From Amphiscolops sp. MND2022 (lineage: Eukaryota), in the NCBI GenBank assembly GCA_964187785.1, contig OZ076409.1, positions 35,156,001-35,220,000 on the forward strand: a DNA stretch of 64,000 bases. The letters run 5' to 3'. Shown piece by piece: positions 48,001-60,000 of the stretch (position 1 is the stretch's first letter; each line of letters starts with the position of its first letter). Below the pieces are notes generated by a model. The model searched no databases, was not told the origin of the DNA, and worked only from the letters and a program-made list of their open reading frames with translations. Made by a program: the position numbers and the translations under genes.

Positions 48001-51000
48001 CAGATGATTGGATGAACGATTTCACCATTATCCATTCGTTCATTCGGCGCTTTAATCCTTGGATGATTAGATCTATCTCACTGTACTAGATACACAACCA
48101 GTCTTATGTACATGATGCCTAGAGGTGCACTGGACATGAAAATTTCCGTCCGGCCGGACAGGACTGATTGAAGCCGGATACCGGCCGGACCGGAACATTA
48201 TCCGCAAATTATAAGCAATGAAGGGCTGTTTTCAGAATTGAGCAATGGGGATTACGCAAAACGAATCAGGCTTTTAGCACAGAGCGGTGAAAAACTATTT
48301 TCCCTCCGCCATAATTTAATGAATTTTGATTCACAGTCACAAATTCAATTTTTCGATGCACATACACTTTTCCTGAGTTAGATATTCCAATTATTCAAGA
48401 TTATTATTTTAAAGTAATATCCGGCCGGACATTGTAAAAAGTCCGGCCGAGTACCGGACAGGACATTTTCATGGAATCCGGCCGGATACCGGACCGAACT
48501 TGTTGTCCGGTACACCTCTAATGATGCCAATAAGGCCATTCAACTAATTATATCAATTTTTTATCAATATAATCAAAATTCAAAGTTAAATCTGAGATAA
48601 AAGCTGGAATATTACGATGAAGCCAGCCGCCTTTAACATGGAATAGGAGACTATTTAGAACGTTAACAGAGAGACTCATGAACTAATTACTTGAGTCATG
48701 ACACTAGAGAGGGTACAAAGCGATATCTAACACAGACCACTTAAAAAGATTATTCCAATATGGGATTTTCTCATTTTCAAGTGAATTGCATTCAAACTAG
48801 TTAATGAATCATATTGATTTTTCAAGAGATGCTTATAGCTTCCACTCCATTTTTTGTTAAAGAAATAAGATTGTGGTTATATTCTACGAAACTACTAGTA
48901 TTACTTCCAAACTTCGAGTTAGTTAGTTCCTATATCAGGTAATGAAGTTCATTCCAGCCGCGCCCTGTCGCGAAAACCAGCGAGTAGTTCAGTAACATCA
49001 GAATGTCAATAATTGTTGATAAAAACTTCAGTGTATGTCATGTTAAGGCTGTCATTCTCATTAAAAACTGAATCAGTAGTTCTCGTTAGAGTTAAAGCAA
49101 TTAATTAGTTTTGAGGAAAAGTTATTCATCGAAAGACCGAAAGTGATAAAGACCAAACCTGCTTCTGCAAATGCTAAAATGTTACAGCAAACATCACTTT
49201 TGTGCAAGGCATAATGACCTCGAATATTTCCGAACGTTTTTGATTGTAAGTGAATCTAGTTCTATACTAATTATTCCAATCCATGATACCTCGTGAATGA
49301 TGTTCAAACCCTTTTGCGTACTTTACTTAGTTTTTCAAGAAAATCCAATTGATTTTCATAGATTACAACTTTCGATATCAGACAGCAAAGATGCGCTATC
49401 AAAGAAAACATCTTTATACTGTGAATTTTGCAAAAATGAGAAAAAGGAATTGAAAAGAAATGAACGAAACACCGTGTACGTTCATTTCAACATTTTTTTA
49501 AAAAAAGTGCGATGTTGCGTTCCAATAGGCTTCAAAATTGCAGTTATGCTGAAGTTTTCATCCAGATTAATGTTCGCATTCAAGGGATACATGTATACTT
49601 GAGTAAGTAGCTCAAATAATTGGGATATGTGACATTTTTGGCCAGGCAAATCAAATTCGTCCGTGGTGATCAGGTGTGTGACAGCGACAGCGGTAGCGTT
49701 ATCGACAATGCAGTATGAATTAGCGATAGCGATAGATAGCCACAAATTGAGGCGTTAACGAACATTTTCATTCGTTAAAAAATGCTCCTGGAGACTGCGT
49801 TTGAATTTTGACAATAACGCCTCGTGGAATGCCGTACGTAGTTAAGGGGGTATGATCAACAGTTTGGATGAGCGTTTTACTTCTGTAAAAAGTTCCCCAG
49901 TTATCATTTTCAGTGCACTGATCAATCCGAAAATAAAATTATTTTTTACAAAGAGCAACAACACTCATTATATTCAGTTTCAAGGAAGAAAATGTGATTA
50001 ACGTTGCGAAAACATTCATGGAAAAATAATCTGGAATCTGGAAAGGTGATAAATTGCTCAGAAGAATTAAAGAAACACGAACGTTCACATTCTGGTGGGC
50101 TCGGAGCTAAAACGGAGATACTCAAGTCTACTGACACAGCTGAGGGAGTGTTGGTCACAAGTGCTGTCATTTCTATATACGCCAATGTCAAATATTTCTG
50201 CTGGAAAATACTGGACCATGGGTGCCAATAGATATTGACAATTTTGGCTGCTTCACCCAGCAAAGCTTCGGTCAAACGGTTATTAGGTGTGGCCGGTTAT
50301 GTGCAGAAGCCAAGGCGAACTAGACTTCGCAGGAAAGGTTTCCAAAATTTGTTCTTGTAAAGTATATTTGAAATTTGAACAAATATCTTGAAAATCAGTT
50401 GTTTTAAAATTAGCAAAAGCATCAGCGGACCCATTTTGCTGTAGCGATAGCAATGAAATTGAGCCATTAGCGATGTTAGCGATAAAATTGTTGGTGATTA
50501 CACCTCTGGTGATGCAACAACTTTTCAATAGTTCTATTATTGCAAGTATTGGTGACACGGTTCTGACATCGCTTATTTTTTTGCGATAATTGCTAAACCA
50601 CAAACTTAAAAACAAGAAAAATAGACCTCATTTTTTATACTGCGTGGGTTTTACAAGGGTAAGAGTATCAATTTTCAAATCTTTTCAAAACCCCGTGTAA
50701 GATTTTGAAGAAATTTTGAATTTGGTCAATCTATTAGTTGCAGCTAATTCGAACCCCTAATGAATCGCTATAAGCTTCCTTAGTGGCCCCTAATTAGCGG
50801 TGTCAAACCTCTGATTGGAGGGTGTGGATCTCTGGGAAGGAGGAAAGGGGGAAGTGGATGTTGGTAACTTACGTGCAGTTGCGGTACAGTGCACGGGTTG
50901 GGACATGGCCTCTCCGAACTTGTTTCTGGCCACGAGGTGGATGTCGTAGGAGGAGGCCCTCTTCTCTACAGGCATAACACAAGTCTGTTGCTCCTGGGGT

Positions 51001-54000
51001 GCGTCCACCGGGATGGTGAAGCACAACGACTCGAATTTATTCTTCTTATTTTCTTCCTCGCCCGCTCCTATACAAACATTTTGAGAGCTCTTTGGAAATA
51101 CTTCGTTTTTACAGCTACGATTACAGATATTCAATTCCTGCTGCTTAGAACATCACTTCATCAATCCCAAACAACTAGAGAAAACAATTAAAACAACAGA
51201 ATATTTGAAACACGCTTTTCAGTTGAAAAACGCAAAAGGGAATCTATTGAAGAAACCTAAGAAATGTTTTCAAATTGAGGGAGGAAAGACCGCGCCATGC
51301 TTGAACGAAATTTGCTGTCAGAAATGTACATTTTTTTCAGAAAAAAACTTCTTAAGAAAAGCACGTCAGCAATTAGTTCTTTCAGTTGGCGCATTTCATA
51401 AGAAAATGTGCCCAACTATTACAATGACGTTTTTCCTCCAGATTACAGAGCTCAGACTGAATGATCACCTTTCTCACAGACTTTCGTGACAGTGTTCCAT
51501 CACTTGGCCTAGTGGTTAAGATGTCTGCTTCGAAATTAGGTCGCAGCCTCGCCCTGTACTAGCAAACTTTTTGATTGTTTTCAAATCTAGACGAGATCAA
51601 AGGGTCCTCCTTAGTTTTTTAGTCGGCGCTTCATGAAGTGAAACGCGACTATTATAGTGTTTTTTTTTCAATCCACACGAACTGACCAAAATAGTTCTTA
51701 AAAGTTCTACCAAATTGAACCATTTGGCCTAGAGAACTGAACCAAAAAGGTTTCTCCTTTTTTCCACGTAACATACAATACGGGGCGAGACCAAAGGGTC
51801 CTCCCCTTTTCAGGTTTTTTGGCATTGCGAGACTTTTTTCGAAAAAAAATTCCACAAAGGGTCCCCCTTCAATTTTTTGATGTTTTGTGACAGAATGGAT
51901 GTTGAAAAATCCCAAATGATCCCCCCTTTCAGTTTTTTTCGGTATTGTGAGACTTTTTGGCAAAAAAATTTTAATGACTCCAAGGCTCCCCTTCTATTTT
52001 TTTGATGTTTTGCGACAGAAATATTGAAAAATCCCAAAGGTTCCCTCTTTTAGCGCGCCAATTCTCTCCAATTTTAGCGCACCCAGCGCGTCAATTCGGT
52101 CCAATTTTTGGGTTTTTCGTGTACTGTAAAAAATCTTGACACTGAAGTACTTTTGTTATGTGTGAGCCTTAAATATGGCGCCGACTTATGCCGTTCCCGG
52201 CTTGTTTTGGCAAGATGCGACTTTTGAAATTTTCATTAATTCGCCAAAAGTTCCCCTTTTGACTTTGTGATATTTTCAATTAGATAAAAACCCGTTTAAA
52301 ATCGAAGGACCCACACTGCAGATAGTTTTCATTAATGCGAGATTTTTCAGAATTTTCGACGACTCAGCCTCTTAACAACACTGCGCTCTTTCAGTCTCAA
52401 ACGGGGGTCCGACTTCAGACGTTCCAGTTTCGTTTGCTTTCAGAAAAGGCGCTTTTGAAAACAACTCATTACATAATAAAAATATCTTGATGAATGCCAA
52501 AATTAAGTATATCGGTCCAAATTTTTTATCTCAGTTTTTACAGCTCGTCAAGCCATTTTGGAGAATTTGATTTTTACGGGTTTTCTGATTTTTTCTGAAA
52601 AAGCAAAGTTTTCATAACCGTTGCTACCAGAAGAGCTTTGTACTAAGTAAAGTGCACTCATGAGCATTGTCATAATTAGGAAGAGAATATTGTTGAACCT
52701 GAAGCTCTGTATTTGATATAGTGAGAGGACGCGTATTTTCCATACTGCTTGAATGTCCATCTGATGGTGAGGTTGAAAGCTGGAGAGATGCATTCCACTT
52801 CGGGAGCTTCTGGCTTCTTGGGACCTGCAATTCAACCCAACCATCAATCAAATTTTTACAACCATTCCACGCCATTGTTCAAACCAACTCGTGTTCAATG
52901 AAGCATCCAAAAACTAATAGGCCAAAATACCGTGCATAAAAATTTTTACTCGTGAACGAAAATTTTTCAAAAACGAAAACCATTCACAACTGGCTGGTTG
53001 CCTTCTAATTTCATGAATCCCACGTTCCACATGCCATGTTAAAATCTTCTGAGAAGCCTAGACAATCAATGGATGCCGTCTCGGGAGTGTTTATAATCGA
53101 AACAATCAGTCAAAACTATATCAATTTGTAATAGGCGAATACAAATTCAAAGTAACAGCTTGAAACAAGACAGTTTGATGAGTCCATAGATGTAACACAT
53201 GATGAGAGTGGATGTTATAGATAGAAACTAACCGATTGCTGTAATATTAAGAACAAAGATGAATGAATGATAGTGACCTTGGAGCACCTCGTTTCTAAAG
53301 ATAGGAGTCATGATTCTAAATGAATGAATTTTCGCCTTGTCAATGAATACTACACGATCTAAAAATGCTAAATGGTTCCTGATCAGACTCGAGTTAAAAT
53401 GCAGGGAGTGAAAAATAGTAGATCCTACCCACAGAACGTTTGGCGATAACCAACCTTTCATGTTGAGGTTCTCGAAAGTGAATGGAACACTGGAGGCTTC
53501 ACTCAAGTACAGCGAGTTCCTGGTGCGCACTTCGAATCTGTACACGGAGTTGAAGGGAAGGTGATTGTTTTTGGAAGGGAAAAAGAACGGGGTGAGATCC
53601 ACTGTGGGGATCACAGAGCCCATGGGGTAGTCTCTGGCTCTTTCTCCCCTGGTAACAGTATCGTAACTCACGAACTCGCCGTTGAATCGAGAGGGCGGCA
53701 ACCAGAATGCATGCACGCTATCGGGACTCTGATGGATTATGATGTCATCAGTGGGAATAATTTGAGGTTCTGAAATGAGACGTAAATCACTTTTCCTTTT
53801 TCTATCATCAGATATAAAGATGCACCTCGCGCTAGGAAACCAGGTTTGTTAGCAATAAGTGATGTTTGTCCTTTACTTAACGAGAGGGCCACTCTAAAAA
53901 TTAGTGTTGGAAGACAAATCACTTGAAAAACTGAAGACAGTTGATTTCCACTTCCAAAAATTCAAGCGCGTCATTTTTTTGCTAAAACATGGATATTACT

Positions 54001-57000
54001 AGGTACTTTCGGATCTTTTTCAACATTCTCGAGCAACATCTGGAAAACCACTATCTCGAAAACCATGTAAGTGCCAAAAGATTCCTGGTAAATAGCTATT
54101 CAAGCGTTCTCTCTTACAGGAGAAACGTGACACTAAATATGGGCACATGGCACATGGACTTTTGTCAAAATGATGTTCACTAACGGGCAGCAGCAGTCAT
54201 TTGTGTCCAGGGAGGACTGCTTGCTGAGTGCTCAGTGTTGTGCACTGACAACACCAGTGAATAGTTAGTGTAGGGAAGGAGCCCAGTTACAGTCAGCTCC
54301 TTCTCACTGCCCTCCACACCCAAGTCGGCATCCATGTCTTGGCCTGTCAGCAACTCCGTCTCGGGGTCGATCACCTCCAGCTGGAACAACAAGTGTTGAT
54401 GAGGACAAAAGCATGGAGAACCAAAAAAGATAGCGCTATAATACATCAACATTATCACCAACAAGGTTGGTATAGGTGTATAGTATAACATAGTATAGTA
54501 TAGTAAAGTATAGTATAGTATTTGCACACTATACCAACAAAAATCGAAAGGGGGCCCTTTAGTCTCGTCCGGTTTTGTAGTTTACGTTAAAAAAGTAAAA
54601 AAATGAAAGGGGGACCCTTTGCATTAAGTTTGCCTTGGCCGGACTTGGCCTTAGGTTGTTTCAGGAATGTTTCTAAAAAGTGTAAAAAGTGGACCGATCA
54701 GTGTGAGGTATGTGGTCTGAAAAACAAGACGAGAACGTCTAAAGTCGGCGCCATATCTAAGGCTCAAAAAGCGTAAAACACTTTTTTTGGAAAAAAATTG
54801 AAATTTTTGAAAAAAATTTTTCTTTCAAAAGAAGTCGCATAGTGCCGAAAAATGTAAAAGGGGGACCCTTCTGGATTTATTAACAAACATTCCGTTGCAA
54901 AATATCAAAAAACTCAAAGGGGGACCCTTTGGGGACATTAAAAAAATTTCGAAAAAAAGTCGCACAGTTCCGAAAAAAATCCAAAGGGGGGACCCTTTGG
55001 GCACGTCCGGTTTTGTATGTTTCCTTGAAAAAGTAAAAAATGAAAGGGGGGACCCTTTGGAGTACGTTTGCCTTGGGCGGACTTGGCCTCAGGTGCTCTG
55101 CGCAGAATTGTAAAAAGTGGACCGATCAGTGTGAGGATTGTAGTCTGAAGAAAAAAAAAGAAAAAAAAGTCACTGCTATAGTCGGGCATTTTTCCCTTAA
55201 TGGAAAAGCGCCGACTAAAAACAAGCCGAGAACGGCCCAAGTCGGCGCCATATCTAAGGCTCAATAAGACTCGAAAACCACTTTTGCTACAACTGGAGAC
55301 AACAAAAACTCTCAAAAAATAAAAATTGAAGAAAATTTTTTTCGATTTTTTTTGAAGTCTCCGGTAAGTCGCATAGTGTCGAAAAATGTAAAAGGGGGGA
55401 CCCTTTACGATTTTTTGAACATCCATTCTGTTGCAAAATATCAAAAAAATGATGCGTGACAGTTTGGAGAAATAAAAAAAATTTCGGAAATGAGAAATTT
55501 GAACAGTCTCACAGTTCCGAAAAAAAGGGGGAAAGTCTCAGTGTCGAAAAAAGTGGAAAGGGGGACCCTTCTGCTTTGGAATGGCTTTTTATCTCATGTT
55601 AGAGACTTTGGATGCGTTGAAAATGAAGTACTAAGTACATATGGTAAAAGTGCATAACGCACAAAAAGTGGACCGATCGCATTGAAGCGACGAAAAAAAA
55701 ACTAGCCACTGTAAGAGTCGGGTTTCTTCGAAAACGCCGACTAAAAAGGTCCTGCTATAGTCGGGCATTTTTCCTTTAAGGGCATTCTTCAACTGAATTT
55801 CGATACAATGCTTAATCAACAGGGCCACGAAAAATCGGAGCTCAATCAATACGGCGAAAATCATGAAATTAGGCAAGTAAAATCATTTTTCAAGTAATGA
55901 AATTTACCTTGTAAAACAGAAATTTGCCATTGATGTCTTTCTGGGACATTGACTTGAATTTCACTGTGATTTGCCTGGGCTCGCTCTGTCCTTGGTGGGG
56001 CAACATGACAGGATACGAAACAGGTTCTAAAAATGAGAAGTAAAGTTATCAGACAACTTTTAGGTCCAAGTAAATTACCTTGGTGAATTGGTGTGAAGAT
56101 GGAAAGACAATATTAGACAATATCGCCAAAATCAAGCAAAAATTACTTCCAAGTTTCCATGCTTTTTGCAAAATTTAGATTTATACATCTCAAATAGAGC
56201 AATTAAAACTTCAAACTTTTTTTGTAAATGGCCGACCATTGATTGATGGAATGCATGTTGAGCCTTGATGCGCTGAAAATTGTCATTGGAAATTTATCAA
56301 CTCACAAAAGAAGACATGGTCAAAACCTTGGGAGATAACTGAAAGCTTTTCAAATTCTAAATTCCAGCCAGGTTTTGGGCTTAAAGTCAAGAATGTTTAC
56401 TGTACAGTAGCCTACCAGCAGCGGAATTGAATCCTCTAGTAGATGATCTGTCTTGCACTTCTCCCTGTTTGTTGGAGAACCAAGCTTCCACCCTGTGCTC
56501 TGTATAAGGGTCCAAATCCGACCAGCCAGTGGTAATTCCAACTTTGTCCGGGTCTATGCAGTCCAGTTTCATGTCAGCTTTGCCGGGAGCCTTGATAAGA
56601 AGCTTTATGCAACAGTCTCTCGGGTTGTAACTGTTGTATTGGTCACGTGGGTATTTCTAGAAAAACATCCCAATTTGAAACAAAAAAAAAACAAAAATAC
56701 GCCAAACTTGACTCTTGGAGTTAGCTGGAAATTAACTTACATCCCAGGAAACGAAGATTTTGCTTGGGTCGTTTTTATCAGGCTGTACAGTTAAGCTTTC
56801 TATCATTTTTGTAGGAGCTAAAAAATACAAATCGGCTATCGTAACAACATATAGCTTCATCAATGCCTCTGCGTTTTCAGCTTTTAAAAATAACCCAACA
56901 TATTGTTTGGTTGAAAAATGCACTAACGAGCATCATCAGTTCGGAAAGTGATGGGAACAGAATAATCACTGGGCCCATACTGGTTGATAGTTCTCACACG

Positions 57001-60000
57001 GAAGCCGTAGTCTACGCCTGGGCTGAACTGGTTCTCAGGTTTCTTGGACTTAGGCAGAGAAACTGCCATAAATGGTCCATCATTACCCTAAATGGAAAGA
57101 AGCGTGAGTATTCCTTACTAGTAGCGAGATGAAGTCCGAGAAAGTCACGCTTCATTCGATAGAAGGATCCACACAGAATATTCTACAGGGTCTTATCAAT
57201 TCAATCCAAGAAATTTCATCTAATGAACAGTAGAAAAAGATTGCCGAGTCATCTAGCGACTGTAGCTGGTACAAAAATTCGAAATGAACATGGATAGAAA
57301 TTCAACAGTGCCTAAGCGATTGTTCGCACACAAAGTCTCGGAAAACAGCTGGTTTTGATTCATCATTTCAACAAATTTTGGCAAGTTTCTTCAATTGAAC
57401 ATTTCAGCGATCAAGTAAAGATGATCAACATTAGTTCACGTGAGAGGTTGGCAAAAGTACATGAAACAAAATAGCACACGTCAAATTATTTTACCCACAA
57501 AGCGTTTCGAAGAGTATAAGAACACAATACGAAAGCCTTTGAGAAACATGTTGCAATATATGAAAACCTCAACCTTGAAGCATAGCTTGATACAAACTGA
57601 GGAACAAATTTCATTTGGAGAGAGGTCAACATATGTGCAACATTATGGAGGTCATTAGGAGGACTGAGAGGCTGATGAATGTAAAGCCAGAAAGACAAAA
57701 AGAAGTGACCGCCGCATATCCTTGTGCATGTGGATACAGGGGACAAAACTAGAGGTGCCCATAGCATCCATACCTCTAGAAAAGAGCAACAAATTTATCC
57801 CACTCGGAGCCATGGTGGGAGCAAACTTCCATTCCAGACAATAATTTTTGACAACACTCAATATGGTAGCCCAATCCCATCTTGGGAAGCGTGTCTGAAT
57901 TCAGTAAGCATATTCCTATTATAACTTAAATGTCACATGAAGCCCAAAACACTATTGGCAACTCATACAAAATGAACAGGAATTCACATCTCAACTCAAA
58001 TTTATTGCTCTTCTCAATTTAGATTCTAGAAACCAGTTTTCATGTTTTAAAGTTAAAATTTCCGTATTCGCAATACGTTTCATGCTGCAGTGATGTACAT
58101 TTATTATTTTCCGCCCATATTTTATATGGGAAAGGAAAATATTTAAATCAAACTGTTTTTCTTTACAAAATTTGCCAAGCACCAAATTTATATTTCACTT
58201 TAAGGGTGTTACCCATAGAATTCAACTCACATAAATTTAGATTCGTGCGATTTGTATTTGTGGAGATTTCTGGACTTTTTTAGTTGAGCCCAAGGACCCA
58301 AGAATGACCAAATATGACGCAAAAATTACCCCAAAAAGAGATAATTGGCAAAAATTTCCAGTTTTTTTAGGATTTAATGCAATTTTTGTCAATTTTCCGA
58401 TAAATGTCATGGATTAGAATGTTGAAAAGGTTCAACAAGGCAAGAATTCGTTGTCCCGTAGTCGTTTATGAAGAGATCAATGCGTTTTTTTTGGAAAGAA
58501 AAGGACCCAAAAATGAAAAAAAAACAAAAATTTCCCGACTTTTAACGTTTTTATGCAATTTTTGTCAAAGTTTCGATAGACTTCGTGGATTAGAATGTTG
58601 AAAACGCTCAACATGACACTAGCTCGGTGTTCAGTAGGCTTCTCCGAGGAGATAATTGCTTTTTTCCAAATGAAAAAATCTCAAATTGACATCGAAAATG
58701 ACAAAAGTCCCAAAACTTTCCAATTTTCGAAGATTTTATGCATTTTTTTCCTAATTTTTTGACAGACTTCGTCAAATGCAACGTTGAAAAGGGTCAAAGA
58801 AGAAAGAACGCTTTGTCCAGTATGCATAGAAAAAAGATAAATGCAGTTTTTTAACGGAAACTGTTCGGAATCCACATCGAAAAAGACAAATTTTCGAAAA
58901 TTTTCCAATTTTCACTATTTTTATTCAATTTTTGTTGAAATATCGATAGACTTCGTAGAACGTTAAAATGTCTAACGTATGGGCAAACGTGTTGTTTCGG
59001 TGAGCTTTCGCCACGAGATAAGTTGATGCAATTTCTGTACATTTTCCGAGAGACTTCGTTCTAAGATTCATCACAATCAATTCAACAACGAAAGGATGCG
59101 CTATGCATTACAATTTTTGAAGTGAATATTGCAGTGTTTTGCTTCAAAAACACTTAAGAATGACTCCAAAGGAGTCGAAAACTTCAACATCTTCGTTTTT
59201 GAGCAACTTGTGTACTTCTTGAATCGTTTTAGAATCAGAATGTTGACAAGCGTTCGACAAAGACTGAAGTCATAATCCATTTGGCTTTTAATGGAATATT
59301 TGCAGACTTTAAGGTCGAAAGATTCCTCAGAAAGACCCAAATATTGGAAAAACAGTTTTCAAGTTTTCACGTTTTTAGGCAGTTTTTTGTTCAATTTTTG
59401 AGCTAGTTCCGTGCAAAAAATGGTTCAAAATACACAAAAATGACTAATCCGGGAATCTCCAGTAGGCAATTTTGAAAAAATAATTGCATTTTTTTTGTTA
59501 GAAATGGCCTCAAAAACAGCCGAAAACCGATGGAACAACAAAAAAGCACGTTGTTTGACAAACTAATACCAATTTTTGATCAAACAACGAAAAGTTCTGA
59601 AAAAAATAGAACTTCAAATGACCAGAGCGTTTAAACAATAATGTATTCAAAACGCAATTGGGGAAAAAGTCGGATGAAATAAATAGAGTTTACTACAAAG
59701 GTGTCAAAGTTTACGAACTTTATTTTCGACAACATAAGCCCAATTTTGGACCCTTTCCGAAAATTTACTTCAATCAAAAATAACCTAGGCTAGGATTGAA
59801 ACCTGTAGCTACCAGTAGTGTTTCAGAAAAAATCAGACAAGTTTATTTGCACAACTGTCGAAAACGTTACTTAAAAGTTAAAATTCGACCTCATTTGTCC
59901 AATATTTAATATTCAAAAACCTCAAAGCAAAATCACTAGATATGGAGTACACCGACAACAGCTAAACTCGGTGTCTGATAGGCTTAGTTTTGAAAAGACA

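Noticed and set aside
51505..51560. tRNA-like start GGCCTAGTGGTTAAG
   Set aside because: No T-arm or acceptor stem follows; at most a SINE/tRNA relic.
51652..55444. K/F/G-rich ORFs such as 51652-51963, 54938-55444 and 55040-55267
   Set aside because: They lie wholly inside family H repeats and reflect low-complexity A/T/G runs.
57655..57894. Candidate missing FN3-1 N-half exon (…NYCLEWKFAP…)
   Set aside because: The available donor (G|GTATGG) is phase 1 whereas exon 57087 needs phase 0, and the FN3 pattern is unconvincing.
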